From Flavobacteriaceae bacterium (GTDB taxonomy: Bacteria; Bacteroidota; Bacteroidia; Flavobacteriales; Flavobacteriaceae), in contig CAXRDP010000067.1 of assembly GCA_964229545.1 (NCBI GenBank), positions 20,162 through 84,161 of the forward strand: a stretch of 64,000 bases of DNA. Reading direction: 5' to 3'. A model generated the notes under the pieces. It saw only the letters and a list, made by a program, of their open reading frames with translations, made no database searches and had not been told where the DNA came from. The translations under genes and the position numbers were made by a program. How positions within the stretch are numbered: the first letter of the stretch is position 1; every line of letters begins with the position of its first letter. Below are positions 31,016-42,300 of this stretch, one piece after another.

Positions 31016-33463
31016 TTGAGTATGCCTCGCATGTCTTTGTTTGTTGGTTTTTTTCTACTTCCCTTTTTTTTATCAGCCCAAATTCAGGGGCGGGTCACAG
31101 ACGCTCAAGGAGAACCCTTAACGGATGTGGGAATCTTGGTGGAGCATACCTCCACAGGCACCTTGACCAACGCCCAAGGCTATTATGTGTTGCAACTGCC
31201 ACAAAGAGGGCAAATCACTTTGTTGTATCAAAGGCTAGGGCACGCCTCCCAACGAAAAACGATTGACTATAGCGGCAGTGCTATCAACATCGATATTGTG
31301 TTGGAAGAGGCGATTGTACAACTCAAAGAGGTGGCTGTCAGTAGCACAGAAAATCCAGCACATAGAATCATACGGGAAGCCATCGCCAAACGAAAAGACC
31401 ACCTCCGACGGTCTACAAACTACAGCGCTCAATTCTACTCTCGAGGTTTGCTGCGCCTGACACGTACCCCAAAAGGGATGCGCGTTGATTTAGAAGGCAT
31501 GGATATGGGTAGTCGGTTGGACTCCCTGGGAAGGGGCATACTATATTTGTCAGAAACGCAATCCGACATATGGCAAGACGGGGATTTTCTAAAAGAACAC
31601 ATCACAGCCTCTAAGTTGAGTGGCAACAGTCAGGGGTTTAGTTTTAACCGTGCACAAGATCTCAATCTACATTTTTATGACAACTCATATAACTTAGGAG
31701 CAGCGGCCGTGTCGCCCATAGCTGATAATGCTTTTGCGTATTATCGATATCAATTGATAGAAAGTTACTATGACGAGCAAAACCGTTTGATCAATAAAAT
31801 CGCTGTTGTTCCCAAACACAAAACCGACCCCGCCTATTCGGGAGTCATTTACATTGAAGAAGACCGTTGGCAGCTATGTGGAATTGACCTTGAATCGACC
31901 GGCAACCGAATGAATATGTGGGGGCTTGATACTTTTCGCATCCGACAGCAGTTTTCTTTTTTACCCGATCAAGAATTGTGGGTCAAAACAAGCCAAGTCT
32001 TTGATTTTGAGTTTGGCTTGTTGGGTTTACAAGGAGGGGCACGTTTTTCGGCTGTATACAGTAATTACGATTTTAACTGGGTAGCGCCCAGAAAGAGAAG
32101 TCCTGTGATTGCACGAATCGAAGAAAATGCAAACAAAAAAGACAACTTGTTTTGGCAAAATAGACCCATTCCGCTCACCGAAGAAGAGTCAAACGACTAT
32201 ATTGTTAGCGACAGCATAGAGGTGGTACGAAGCGATCCTGCTTACAAGGACTCTTTAGATAGAATTCAAAATAAACTAAAATGGACGGACCCTTTGATGG
32301 GCTATAGCCACCGCAACAGCAACCTAAACCGTGAGTTGTCCTTTAGCGGCTTGTTGAGTGATCTCCAATTCAACACCGTTCAAGGTTGGAATGCTACTTG
32401 GACCATAGATTACAACAAAACCTATGAAGCCAAAAAACAAGAACTGCGTTTAAAGAGTCGTTTGCAGTATGGTCATGCTAAACGGCGTGCCTATGCAAGT
32501 GCGGAGGGTTCGTATGTGTTGAGCCGGCATCATAGCAGTGTATTGCGCTTTCAGGCGGGTCAACAGCTGCGTCAATATCGCAACATGCTCAGCCCGACCA
32601 TCAACAGTGCTTATACCGAACTATTAGGATACAATTTTGCCAAATATTATTTAGAAGAAGCCTACGGACTAGGTGGACAGCACGAGCCGACCAACGGAAT
32701 CTTACTCAACGTCAACTTGGCTTATACGCACCGCACTCCTGTTTTTAACCACTCCGATTTTGATATCCATAGAGGAACCGACAATGCCTATCAATCCAAC
32801 AACCCGCTGACTGATAGGGTAGAAACAGCCCCCTTTGAAAAACACCGATTGTTCTTGCTGGATGTTTTTGTGCGGATTCGGTTCAAACAATACTATGTAG
32901 AGCATCCTGACTATCGCTGGAAAACAAATCCTCCAGGGCTACCAGAGCTTCGATTGTATTACACCGCTGGGTTTGCCAATAGTTTGTATGACAATTTTAA
33001 CAAAATTCAATTGCGTGTAGACCAATCTCTTCAAACCGGACAACTGGGGCGGCTGAATTGGCGTTTGGATGTGGGGCGTTTTCTAAAATCTGGGGAAGTC
33101 CCATTCATGGACCATTTTATTCCTTTGGGCAACGAAACGCATATTTGGTTCAATGAAGCCAATCGTTTTCAGTTGCTGCCATTCTATACGCGCAATAGCG
33201 ACAAACAGTATGCGGCTTTTCACCTACAACATGATTTTGAAAAGTGGCTGTTGGGAAAAATTCCTGTTATAAGAGCACTCGACGCCAACACCGAAATCGG
33301 CTTGGCAGCCCATGCTGTGCCGGGACATAAACCTTATACAGAGTGGAGGGTTGGTCTTCGAAATTTGGGCTTTGGGAAATTAAAAATCTTCCACGTTCTC
33401 TACACCCAAGGCTACTGGGGTACTCAAAAAACTGAGGGTTTTCGGTTTGGGATTCGGTTTTGA
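31016..33463 (+). CDS. Carboxypeptidase-regulatory-like domain + DUF5686 outer-membrane protein
   Basis: Signal peptide, then an N-terminal IQGRVTDAQGEPLTDVGILVE (CarboxypepD_reg) domain. The body is long and beta-rich and ends FGIRF. Confidence 0.6.
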   Translation: MSMPRMSLFVGFFLLPFFLSAQIQGRVTDAQGEPLTDVGILVEHTSTGTLTNAQGYYVLQLPQRGQITLLYQRLGHASQRKTIDYSGSAINIDIVLEEAIVQLKEVAVSSTENPAHRIIREAIAKRKDHLRRSTNYSAQFYSRGLLRLTRTPKGMRVDLEGMDMGSRLDSLGRGILYLSETQSDIWQDGDFLKEHITASKLSGNSQGFSFNRAQDLNLHFYDNSYNLGAAAVSPIADNAFAYYRYQLIESYYDEQNRLINKIAVVPKHKTDPAYSGVIYIEEDRWQLCGIDLESTGNRMNMWGLDTFRIRQQFSFLPDQELWVKTSQVFDFEFGLLGLQGGARFSAVYSNYDFNWVAPRKRSPVIARIEENANKKDNLFWQNRPIPLTEEESNDYIVSDSIEVVRSDPAYKDSLDRIQNKLKWTDPLMGYSHRNSNLNRELSFSGLLSDLQFNTVQGWNATWTIDYNKTYEAKKQELRLKSRLQYGHAKRRAYASAEGSYVLSRHHSSVLRFQAGQQLRQYRNMLSPTINSAYTELLGYNFAKYYLEEAYGLGGQHEPTNGILLNVNLAYTHRTPVFNHSDFDIHRGTDNAYQSNNPLTDRVETAPFEKHRLFLLDVFVRIRFKQYYVEHPDYRWKTNPPGLPELRLYYTAGFANSLYDNFNKIQLRVDQSLQTGQLGRLNWRLDVGRFLKSGEVPFMDHFIPLGNETHIWFNEANRFQLLPFYTRNSDKQYAAFHLQHDFEKWLLGKIPVIRALDANTEIGLAAHAVPGHKPYTEWRVGLRNLGFGKLKIFHVLYTQGYWGTQKTEGFRFGIRF

Positions 33464-33479
33464 AGATTAACTCAAATTC

Positions 33480-34226
33480 CTACCCTTTTACATTGGCCGA
33501 AAGAAACTCACGGTTCATACGTGCTATGTTTTCCAAGGAAATTCCTTTGGGACATTCGACCTCACAAGCACCGGTATTGGTACAATTTCCAAAGCCTTCT
33601 TCGTCCATCTGCTTGACCATATTGAGCACTCGGTCGGTAGCCTCCACCTGACCCTGTGGCAAAAGCGCAAATTGTGAAACTTTGGCCGACACAAACAACA
33701 TGGCAGAAGCATTCTTACAAGTCGCCACACAAGCACCACAACCGATACAAGTGGCCGCGTCAAAAGCCTTTTCTGCGTCCGCTTTTTCAATCGGGATGGC
33801 ATTGGCATCTTGGGTATTACCAGAGGTATTGACAGAAACAAAACCACCGGCGTGTTGAATTCTATCAAAGGCGGTGCGATCTACCACCAAATCTTTGATT
33901 ACTGGGAAGGCTTTGGCGCGGAAGGGTTCAATATAGATGGTGTCTCCATCCTTAAACTTTCGCATATGAAGCTGACAAGTGGTAATCAATCGGTCAGGGC
34001 CATGGGCTTCTCCGTTGATAAACATCGAACACGAGCCACAAATCCCCTCACGGCAATCATGGTCAAAAGCAACAGGCTCGATCCCTTGAACGATAAGTTG
34101 CTCATTGAGAACATCCATCATTTCCAAAAATGACATATCGGGCGATACATCTTCGATTTGATAGGTCTGCATGCTGCCCTTTGCGGTTGCATGGGCTTGA
34201 CGCCAAATTTTTAAAGTCAATTTCAT
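33480..34226 (-). CDS. sdhB: Succinate dehydrogenase/fumarate reductase iron-sulfur subunit
   Basis: Three Cys clusters ([22 protein letters not shown]). Confidence 0.93.
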   Translation of the reverse strand: MKLTLKIWRQAHATAKGSMQTYQIEDVSPDMSFLEMMDVLNEQLIVQGIEPVAFDHDCREGICGSCSMFINGEAHGPDRLITTCQLHMRKFKDGDTIYIEPFRAKAFPVIKDLVVDRTAFDRIQHAGGFVSVNTSGNTQDANAIPIEKADAEKAFDAATCIGCGACVATCKNASAMLFVSAKVSQFALLPQGQVEATDRVLNMVKQMDEEGFGNCTNTGACEVECPKGISLENIARMNREFLSANVKG

Positions 34227-34260
34227 ATGCTTGGTGTTAATCGTTATTAGATATCAACTC

Positions 34261-36264
34261 CTACTTATACGATCGGGTTTTAAGTTCTACATTTTCGAAA
34301 GACAAGGATTCTTTGTGTAGTTTGGCGGTTCCGGGGTCACCCGTGTATTCCCAAGCTGAAACAAAGGTAAATTCATCATCATTGCGGAGTGCTTCTCCTT
34401 CTTTGCTTTGAGATTCTTCTCTAAAATGCCCTCCACAAGACTCTGTGCGCTCGAGTGCGTCTTTGGCAAACAACTCTCCCAATTCCAAGAAGTCGGCCAC
34501 TCGAAGTGCTTTGGCCAAGGATTCATTGAAAGAATCGGCCGTCCCGGGCACAGTTACGTTTTTGTAAAAATCTTCTCTCAAAGCACGTACTTCCGCTAGA
34601 GCTTCTTTGAGTCCGGCTTCATTGCGCGACATGCCACATTTGTTCCAGATAATCTTTCCGAGTTTTCGATGATAATCGTCCACTGTCTTATTGCCTTTGT
34701 TGTTCATCAAGGCATCGATTTTATTGCGGATTTCTTGTTCGGCAGCTTCAAACTCGGGGGTTTCCGTGGAAATGGGTCCTGTGCGAATGTCATCGGCCAA
34801 ATAGTCTCCAATCGTATAAGGCAATACAAAATAACCATCTGCTAAACCTTGCATCAAGGCAGAAGCTCCCAGTCGGTTGGCACCATGATCCGAAAAATTG
34901 GCTTCTCCAATGGCAAAACAACCCGGAATGGTAGTCATCAAATTGTAGTCAACCCAAACACCGCCCATGGTGTAGTGAACCGCTGGGTAAATCATCATGG
35001 GGGTTTCGTATGGGTTTTGATCTACAATTTTTTCATACATCTGAAACAGGTTGCCGTATTTGGCTTTGACAATGGCTTTACCTAATTTTTGCACGAGTGC
35101 GTTGTCGTTTTCGTCCAACCCTTTGACATGTGCTTCTTCTTTGCCGTAGCGCTCAATGGCAGCAGCAAAGTCCAAGAAAACAGCTTCGCCTGTTTTGTTG
35201 ACCCCAAAGCCGGCATCGCAACGCTCCTTGGCAGCACGTGAGGCCACATCGCGAGGCACCAAGTTTCCAAAAGCAGGGTAGCGACGTTCCAAATAGTAAT
35301 CGCGGTCCTCCTCGGCCAAGTCGGTGGGCTTCAGTCGCCCTTCTCTGATGGCTAGGGCATCTTCTTTCTTTTTGGGTACCCAGATGCGCCCGTCATTACG
35401 AAGAGACTCGGACATCAAAGTTAGTTTGGACTGATGGTCTCCGGAAACCGGGATACAAGTCGGGTGTATTTGAGTAAAGCAAGGGTTGGCAAAATAGGCC
35501 CCTTTTTTGTGAATTTTCCAAGCGGCGGACACATTGCTACCCATCGCATTTGTGGATAGGTAAAACAGGTTTCCGTAACCTCCAGAAGCGATGACCACGG
35601 CATGAGCAGCATGACGCTCGATTTCACCGGTAACCAAGTTTCGGGTGATAATCCCACGTGCCTTGCCATCGACCACCACCAAATCCATCATCTCATGACG
35701 GCTATACATTTTGATTTTACCACGACCAATTTGTCGGTTCATGGCCGAATAGGCACCTAACAACAATTGTTGGCCTGTTTGCCCTTTGGCGTAGAACGTA
35801 CGAGAAACCAAGACCCCTCCAAAAGAGCGGTTGTCTAACAGCCCGCCATAGTCACGGGCAAAGGGGACGCCTTGTGCCACACATTGGTCGATAATATTGG
35901 TAGATACCTCTGCCAATCGATACACATTGGCCTCTCGAGATCGATAATCTCCTCCTTTGATGGTATCGTAAAACAACCGGTGCACGGAGTCTCCATCACC
36001 TTGATAATTTTTGGCAGCATTGATTCCCCCTTGGGCAGCAATCGAGTGAGCACGACGTGGAGAGTCTTGAAAACAAAAGGCTTTGACATTGTAGCCCAAC
36101 TCCGCCAAGGTCGCAGCTGCAGAACCCCCAGCGAGTCCGGTGCCAACAACGATAACGTCTATAAGTCGTTTGTTGGCAGGGCTGACCAGTTGTATGTTGT
36201 TTTTGTGTTTTGTCCACTTATCAGCCAGTGGTCCTTGTGGAATTTTTGCGTCTAAACGGGCCAT
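34261..36264 (-). CDS. sdhA: Succinate dehydrogenase/fumarate reductase flavoprotein subunit
   Basis: The 667-aa product has the FAD-binding motif [12 protein letters not shown], the [10 protein letters not shown] covalent-FAD His region and HYTMGG. Confidence 0.95.
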   Translation of the reverse strand: MARLDAKIPQGPLADKWTKHKNNIQLVSPANKRLIDVIVVGTGLAGGSAAATLAELGYNVKAFCFQDSPRRAHSIAAQGGINAAKNYQGDGDSVHRLFYDTIKGGDYRSREANVYRLAEVSTNIIDQCVAQGVPFARDYGGLLDNRSFGGVLVSRTFYAKGQTGQQLLLGAYSAMNRQIGRGKIKMYSRHEMMDLVVVDGKARGIITRNLVTGEIERHAAHAVVIASGGYGNLFYLSTNAMGSNVSAAWKIHKKGAYFANPCFTQIHPTCIPVSGDHQSKLTLMSESLRNDGRIWVPKKKEDALAIREGRLKPTDLAEEDRDYYLERRYPAFGNLVPRDVASRAAKERCDAGFGVNKTGEAVFLDFAAAIERYGKEEAHVKGLDENDNALVQKLGKAIVKAKYGNLFQMYEKIVDQNPYETPMMIYPAVHYTMGGVWVDYNLMTTIPGCFAIGEANFSDHGANRLGASALMQGLADGYFVLPYTIGDYLADDIRTGPISTETPEFEAAEQEIRNKIDALMNNKGNKTVDDYHRKLGKIIWNKCGMSRNEAGLKEALAEVRALREDFYKNVTVPGTADSFNESLAKALRVADFLELGELFAKDALERTESCGGHFREESQSKEGEALRNDDEFTFVSAWEYTGDPGTAKLHKESLSFENVELKTRSYK

Positions 36265-36265
36265 A

Positions 36266-36925
36266 TTAGTGGTTTAAATGATGAAACAATGCGATGCCGG
36301 CAAACCCTAAAGGAATTGCGATGGCATAGAGTTTTCCCAATCCCTTAATGGTGGGGGTGTACTTGTTATTCACGCCCAAGGATTGGAAGGCAGAAGAAAA
36401 GCCGTGGAGCAGGTGTAATGCCAAGAAAACAAATGACACCACATAGAGGCCCACACGGATAGGGTCTTCAAATTTGTGAACCAATTCCTCGTAATATCTA
36501 TGGGGGTTTTCAGGTAAAACCTCAATGTATTTGTAGTTCATTTCAGGAACCCAAAAATCATAAAAATGCAAGCCCAAAAAGGAAAGCACCACAGCACCAG
36601 AGATGAGCATATTGCGCGACATCCAACTTGCATTGGCGCTGCCTTTGTAGCTGGCATAGCCAACCGTGCGTGCTCGGCGGTTTTGCCACTCTAAGACAAA
36701 ACCCATGATGAAGTGAAATAGCACCCCAAAGATGAGTACAGGCTGCAGTACGAATTGTACCAGGGCATTGGTACCCATAAAATGGGAAAATTCATTAAAA
36801 ACAGCTTCGCTAAAGACCGAGGTTATATTGATTGTAAAATGCTGAAGCAAAAAAACAATCAAAAACAAGCCTGATAAGGCCATGGCTACTTTGCGGAGAA
36901 TGGAACTGGAAGATGCAGTACCCAT
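36266..36925 (-). CDS. sdhC: Succinate dehydrogenase cytochrome b subunit (b558 family)
   Basis: Five-TM protein directly upstream of sdhA. I chose the ATG at 36925 because a -7 box overlaps the TTG start of the track ORF. Confidence 0.8.
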   Translation of the reverse strand: MGTASSSSILRKVAMALSGLFLIVFLLQHFTINITSVFSEAVFNEFSHFMGTNALVQFVLQPVLIFGVLFHFIMGFVLEWQNRRARTVGYASYKGSANASWMSRNMLISGAVVLSFLGLHFYDFWVPEMNYKYIEVLPENPHRYYEELVHKFEDPIRVGLYVVSFVFLALHLLHGFSSAFQSLGVNNKYTPTIKGLGKLYAIAIPLGFAGIALFHHLNH

Positions 36926-36949
36926 AAGATTTTGGTTTGGTTTGACAAG

Positions 36950-36957
36950 CAAAATTA
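36950..36957 (-). promoter_or_regulatory. Bacteroidota -7 promoter box (TAATTTTG on the minus strand) upstream of sdhCAB
   Basis: The reverse complement matches TAnnTTTG, 24 nt upstream of the ATG at 36925. Confidence 0.45.
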
Positions 36958-37088
36958 GGTGCTGGCAGCTTGTTGACCAAGTATTTTTAGGCCTTTTTGG
37001 TTTGGAAGAATTCTAAATAGAGTTTTGTTGAAGTTTTTAGGCCAAAATCCTGAAAAAAAGCCAGTTAGGTTCAACAAAAGAATGGGAT

Positions 37089-39848
37089 TTACTTGATATT
37101 AATCCCTCTTACCACATCAGCTATTTTCAGAATATATTCCCCTTTAGGTAAGAAATAGGTCCCATTGTCTGACGGTTTGATGTCTTGATGTTTGCGAATA
37201 AACTTTCGGATGTTTTCTGGTGCTATGGTTAAGTCATAGGTTCCGTAATTAAGTCCTCGCTGCAAATCCATCTCAAATGCATATAGCAAAGCTTCTTTGT
37301 CAGAATACACTTCTACATTAGCGCTTGTATTGATGGCGGAATACACCACAAAATCCATTTCCGGCAAGTATGGCTCCGTCCATGCATTACGAGCTTTTCC
37401 CCATCGGTCACTGTGATTGACATCACTTAATTCAAATATGTAAAGAGAACTCCCATCAAGTTCGGGCAGTTGTTGAATGTGCAAAAGATCAACCTTATAA
37501 ATGGAACGACCGTGTGTACCCAATAGCAAATGATTTTTGTCGGGTTGTACAACCAAGTCATGCACTGCTACTTTGGGTAGGGTGTCTTCCAAAGCTTCCC
37601 AATCGGTGCCTCCATTTAGAGACACATAGGCAGCATTGTCGGTGCCTACATATAGTATGTTGGGGTGCGTGGGGTCTTCTTTAATCACATTGACTGGTGA
37701 GGAAGGCAATTCGTTGTGCAAAGGACTCCAGCTTTGACCCATGTCTTGACTCACATACACATAGGGTTGAAAATCATCGTTTCTATAGCCATTGAGTGTG
37801 GCATAGATGCGGTTGGGTTCGTGGGTAGAGAACTGCACGCGACTTACCCACAGGTTTTGCGGAAGTGCGTCGCTAATGCGATTCCAAGTGAACCCTCCAT
37901 CTTGGGTAAGTTGAATATAACCATCATCTGTACCCACTAACAAAGTGCCAAAAGCAAACGAAGATTCATCTATGGTTGTGATGGTTCCATAGGGCACATT
38001 TCCTTGGATCCCCCCTTGGGTGAGGTCGTCAGAAAGAGCTTTCCATTCGTCCCCTTGGTTCATAGAACGGTGGAGTTTGTTGCTGCCCAAATACAAAATG
38101 TCTTGGTTGTGGGGAGACAACAAAATGGGCGTTTGCCAATTGAAGCGCAAAGGCGGTTCGCCCAGTTCGTGTTTGGGCTGGATGTAGGAGTTGGTGTTTT
38201 TATCTCTGTCAATCCTGTAGTAATTACCAAACTGATAGCCGGTAAAAACGATATCAGGATTGCGGTTGTCTACCTGAATTTGCATGCCATCCCCTCCCAT
38301 GATAGAGGTCCAATTGTTATGGCCTGTTTGATGCCATGCCGGGCTTTCAACAGCCGTATGAGGAGCCACCCAAACCCCGTTGTCTTGCAGTCCGCCATAG
38401 ACATGATAAGGGTCTTGGCGATCGGCATAGACGGTGTAGAATTGCCCCACCGAGGGTTGGTTGTTTTTGATCCAATGGGCGCCATCGTCGTAGCTAATGT
38501 TTACACCACCATCATTACCGTTAATCAAGTGATTGGGGTTTTGGGGATTGATCCACAAAGCATGGTGGTCCACATGGGCATTGGGCGCATTGATGTCCGT
38601 AAAGCTTTGCCCCCCATCTTTGGATTTTAAAAAGGGGACGCCATAAATATAAATGGCTTCTCTGTCGGTTGGAGATACGTGGATTTGGCCAAAGTAATAG
38701 CCGTAGCTAAAGTAGATGTCGTCCAAGTAGCCCTCATGAGTTTTACTCCAAGTTTTCCCGCCATCTGTACTTCGGTAGACCTCTGCCCCAACCACAGGTG
38801 TGTCAAACAATAAGGCATTGGCGTCTTCTAAGTAAAGTGCTAGATCGGCAGGCTGTACTTTGCCCAACTTGACAGAGGCTTTGACTGACTCAGCAGTATA
38901 TTTTTTTGGAAATCGATTGGTGCGTAAGTAATCTTCAAGCAAACTATCATTTATGGCAAAAAATCCTTCCAGAGAAAGGGTTTTAAAATCGTTTTTTTGG
39001 AGCCCTTTGGACAATTTTTCTTCTGCCGGACGACGGTCTTGGTTGTCCAAAATTGCATAGAGGTCATCGCTGTCAAAAGCTGCCAAACCGATGCGACCAA
39101 CCCCCTCTCCCTGAAGAAAACCCGATTCGGGTGTGGAAATCAAAGTCCAAGAATCGCCTCCGTCTGTACTTTTATAGATACCCGAAGCCGAACCACTTCC
39201 TGTAAAATTCCAAGATTTTCGGTCTTTTTGCCAAGCCGAGGCATACATGATATTAAAATTTTCAGGCGCTACACTGATATCTATGATTCCCGTAGTGTCA
39301 TTAATGTATAGGGTTTGTTGCCAGGTCTTTCCACCGTCTTGGGTTTTATAAATTCCACGTTGGGTATTGGGCGTATACAAATGACCTGTCACACCCACAA
39401 CGACTTCATCAGGATTGTTGGGGTTGATTTCGATTTTTCCAAAATGATGGGCGTCTTCCAAACCCACAAGCCGCCACGAAGCACCTCCATCTTCCGATTT
39501 TAACAAACCAATACCGGGGTAGGAAGAGCGGGAGGCATTGTTTTCGCCCGTGCCTACCCATAGGGTGTTGTTGGCCCAATCGACAGCAATATCGCCTATG
39601 TTTTGGGTAGTACTGTTGTCCATCACAGGAGTAAAGCTCGTGCCATTGTTATCGGTATACCACAATCCGCCCGAGGCATAGGCCACATAAAACTCATGGG
39701 GCGCATCGGGATTGACAGCCAAGTCGGTCACGCGACCGCTCATCACACTTGGTCCGATATTGACAACAGGAGTTTGAGAAACAAGGGAAGGTCTGTCTTG
39801 GGCAAAGAGCGCGCCCACCACACATAAAGAAAGGAGCCAATTTTTCAT
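37089..39848 (-). CDS. Secreted BNR/sortilin (VPS10)-type beta-propeller repeat protein
   Basis: Signal peptide plus at least 8 SxDxGxxW BNR motifs (SEDGGASW, TQDGGKTW, STDGGDSW, STDGGKTW, TQDGGFTW and others). Confidence 0.75.
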   Translation of the reverse strand: MKNWLLSLCVVGALFAQDRPSLVSQTPVVNIGPSVMSGRVTDLAVNPDAPHEFYVAYASGGLWYTDNNGTSFTPVMDNSTTQNIGDIAVDWANNTLWVGTGENNASRSSYPGIGLLKSEDGGASWRLVGLEDAHHFGKIEINPNNPDEVVVGVTGHLYTPNTQRGIYKTQDGGKTWQQTLYINDTTGIIDISVAPENFNIMYASAWQKDRKSWNFTGSGSASGIYKSTDGGDSWTLISTPESGFLQGEGVGRIGLAAFDSDDLYAILDNQDRRPAEEKLSKGLQKNDFKTLSLEGFFAINDSLLEDYLRTNRFPKKYTAESVKASVKLGKVQPADLALYLEDANALLFDTPVVGAEVYRSTDGGKTWSKTHEGYLDDIYFSYGYYFGQIHVSPTDREAIYIYGVPFLKSKDGGQSFTDINAPNAHVDHHALWINPQNPNHLINGNDGGVNISYDDGAHWIKNNQPSVGQFYTVYADRQDPYHVYGGLQDNGVWVAPHTAVESPAWHQTGHNNWTSIMGGDGMQIQVDNRNPDIVFTGYQFGNYYRIDRDKNTNSYIQPKHELGEPPLRFNWQTPILLSPHNQDILYLGSNKLHRSMNQGDEWKALSDDLTQGGIQGNVPYGTITTIDESSFAFGTLLVGTDDGYIQLTQDGGFTWNRISDALPQNLWVSRVQFSTHEPNRIYATLNGYRNDDFQPYVYVSQDMGQSWSPLHNELPSSPVNVIKEDPTHPNILYVGTDNAAYVSLNGGTDWEALEDTLPKVAVHDLVVQPDKNHLLLGTHGRSIYKVDLLHIQQLPELDGSSLYIFELSDVNHSDRWGKARNAWTEPYLPEMDFVVYSAINTSANVEVYSDKEALLYAFEMDLQRGLNYGTYDLTIAPENIRKFIRKHQDIKPSDNGTYFLPKGEYILKIADVVRGINIK

Positions 39849-39925
39849 AACTAAGAATATATTAGGGGTTAAGGTAGCCTTATTTTTTGAATTTCAATAC
39901 CTTTACCCTAAATCCCTACAACCTT

Positions 39926-41218
39926 ATGAAGTACGCGCCGTTCCCCCAATCTCTATTTGTTGAAAACCGCAAGCGCTTTGCGGCCCAACTCAAGCCCAAT
40001 AGCATCGCTGTATTTAACGCCAATGACATCTACCCCATCAGTGCGGACAGCACACTGCCTTTTGAGCAGCACCGCGACTTGTTTTACCTCAGCGGTGTGG
40101 ACCAAGAAGAAACTATCTTGGTGCTTTGCCCGGATGCCAAAGACGCTTCGCAGCGCGAACTGCTATTTGTCCGAGAAACCAACGCCCATATTGCAGTATG
40201 GGAAGGTGCCAAACTGAATAAGAAGGAGGCTACCCAAGTTTCTGGAGTACAAACCGTGCATTGGGTTCAGGATTTTGAAACTGTTTTTAAAGCCTTGGCA
40301 GCCTCATGTGATCACATATACATCAATACCAACGAACACTATCGTGCCCAAGTCGAAACCCAAACACGTGAGGACCGATTTATCGCTTGGTGCCAAAAGG
40401 AATTCCCAAACCACCCATACGAAAAGAGCAATTTTATTCTGCAAGCCTTACGTGCTGTCAAAGACCCTGAGGAAATCGCGCGTATCCAACATGCTTGCAA
40501 CATTACTGAAAAAGGTTTTAGACGGATACTAGACTTTGTCAAGCCTGGTGTATGGGAATATGAGATTGAGGCAGAGTATGCCCATGAATTCCTCCGCAAC
40601 CGATCCAAGGGATTTGCATACACCCCCATTATCGCTTCAGGCGCCAACGCCAATGTGTTGCACTACATTCAAAACAACCAACAATGCCAAGCCGGTGAGT
40701 TGCTTTTGATGGATGTGGCGGCTGAGTATGCCAATTACGCGAGCGATATGACACGTACGATTCCAGTGTCAGGACGTTTTAGCGCCCGTCAGCGCGCCGT
40801 TTATGAGGCCGTTTTGCGAGTCAAGAACCAAGCCACCCAACTCCTTGTACCGGGAGCGTTCTGGAAGGAATATCATATTGAGGTGGGGAAAATCATGACT
40901 TCCGAATTGCTCGGATTGGGCTTGTTGGACAAAGCCGACGTGCAAAACGAAACTGCCGATCAGCCGGCTTACAAAAAATATTTTATGCACGGTACCTCCC
41001 ACCACTTGGGGCTAGACACCCATGACTATGGCCTGCTAGACCAACCCATGCAAGCCAATATGGTCTTTACGGTAGAGCCTGGCATCTATATCCCCGAAGA
41101 AGGATTTGGTATTCGCTTAGAAGATGATGTGGTCATACAAGAAACTGGCGCGCCTGTAAATCTGATGAAAAACATTCCTATAGAAGCTGATGCAATCGAG
41201 GCTTTGATGAACGCCTAA
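39926..41218 (+). CDS. pepP: Xaa-Pro aminopeptidase (M24B)
   Basis: M24 metal ligand motifs (LLMDVAAEY, HGTSHHLGLDTHD, VEPGIY, IRLEDD). Confidence 0.88.
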   Translation: MKYAPFPQSLFVENRKRFAAQLKPNSIAVFNANDIYPISADSTLPFEQHRDLFYLSGVDQEETILVLCPDAKDASQRELLFVRETNAHIAVWEGAKLNKKEATQVSGVQTVHWVQDFETVFKALAASCDHIYINTNEHYRAQVETQTREDRFIAWCQKEFPNHPYEKSNFILQALRAVKDPEEIARIQHACNITEKGFRRILDFVKPGVWEYEIEAEYAHEFLRNRSKGFAYTPIIASGANANVLHYIQNNQQCQAGELLLMDVAAEYANYASDMTRTIPVSGRFSARQRAVYEAVLRVKNQATQLLVPGAFWKEYHIEVGKIMTSELLGLGLLDKADVQNETADQPAYKKYFMHGTSHHLGLDTHDYGLLDQPMQANMVFTVEPGIYIPEEGFGIRLEDDVVIQETGAPVNLMKNIPIEADAIEALMNA

Positions 41219-42249
41219 AACGACTTCCAGCCTTGGGCTTGTAGGGCAATTTTCTCTCCACCCCTAGTGATGATATGTGCTCCTGAAGCCGCATCTGTGA
41301 TGTGACCAATGACAGTCAGGTTGGGGTTGCCTTTGATTTTGTCGTAGTCTTCTTGTTTGATGGTAAAAAGCAATTCGTAGTCTTCCCCTCCAGCAAGTGC
41401 AATGGTGGTGCTGTCTAAATTAAACTCCTCACAAACCGCTATAAACTGAGGGTCCAAAGGAATCTTTTCTTCATACAAATCACAGCCCACCTCGGAATGT
41501 TTGCACAAATGAAGTATTTCGGATGACAAACCGTCGCTGATGTCTATCATTGCGGTTGGGGCTACACCGAGTTGGGCCAACAATTCAGGGATGTCTTTGC
41601 GGGCTTCGGGCTTAAGCTGACGCTCAATAAGGTAGGTATAGGCATCCAAGTCAGGTTGGTTGTTGGGATTGGCCTTAAACACTTCTTTTTCTCTTTCCAG
41701 CACTTGTAGACCCATATAGGCAGCCCCCAAATCTCCACTAACGACCAACAAATCGTTGGGTTGAGCACCCTTGCGATAGACGGGTGTTTGAGTCGTTCCC
41801 AAGGCAGTTACGCTGATAATAAGACCCGTCGTTGAGCTTGTTGTATCTCCTCCGACCAAATCTACTTTATAGGTCTTGCAAGCCAAGTAAATCCCCGCAT
41901 AAAGTTCTTCCAAGGCTTCTTTGGGAAAACGATTGGAAACAGCAATGCTGACAGTAATTTGTGTGGCACTCCCATTCATCGCATAGATATCAGATAGATT
42001 GACCATCACCGCTTTATATCCCAAATGTTTAAGGGGCATATAGGCCAAATCAAAATGAACGCCCTCCACCAACATGTCCGTAGAGACCAACGTGTTCATA
42101 TCGGAGTGTTTCAATACCGCCGCGTCGTCGCCGACTCCTTTGAGGGTAGACGGTTGTTCTAATGCAAAATCCTTGGTTAGCAAATCGATCAGTGCAAATT
42201 CGCCCAAATCTGAAAGCGGAGTTTTGGCTTGATTTTTGTTGTCAAACAT
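41215..42249 (-). CDS. thiL: Thiamine-monophosphate kinase
   Basis: PurM-like fold with GDDAAVL and DISDGL motifs. Confidence 0.9.
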   Translation of the reverse strand: MFDNKNQAKTPLSDLGEFALIDLLTKDFALEQPSTLKGVGDDAAVLKHSDMNTLVSTDMLVEGVHFDLAYMPLKHLGYKAVMVNLSDIYAMNGSATQITVSIAVSNRFPKEALEELYAGIYLACKTYKVDLVGGDTTSSTTGLIISVTALGTTQTPVYRKGAQPNDLLVVSGDLGAAYMGLQVLEREKEVFKANPNNQPDLDAYTYLIERQLKPEARKDIPELLAQLGVAPTAMIDISDGLSSEILHLCKHSEVGCDLYEEKIPLDPQFIAVCEEFNLDSTTIALAGGEDYELLFTIKQEDYDKIKGNPNLTVIGHITDAASGAHIITRGGEKIALQAQGWKSF

Positions 42250-42300
42250 TTGGCAAAATTACATGCATTTTTATTATACCAAAACCCTTACCTTAGACTC

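Noticed and set aside
38004-38630. 208-aa plus-strand ORF inside the BNR-repeat gene; similar long antisense ORFs lie at 5175-5651 (in polA) and 14861-15352 (in rpoN)
   Set aside because: All lie antisense to genes with strong motif support and have no recognisable motifs. They are most simply explained as shadow ORFs.
42251-42267. Sigma-54-like -24/-12 element (TGGCA...TGCA) upstream of the LVIVD lipoprotein gene; another lies at 3778-3792 inside polA
   Set aside because: In the first, the GG-to-GC spacing is one nt too long and the -12 region is weak. The second has correct spacing but lies deep inside a coding region. Neither has an adjacent enhancer-binding-protein gene.
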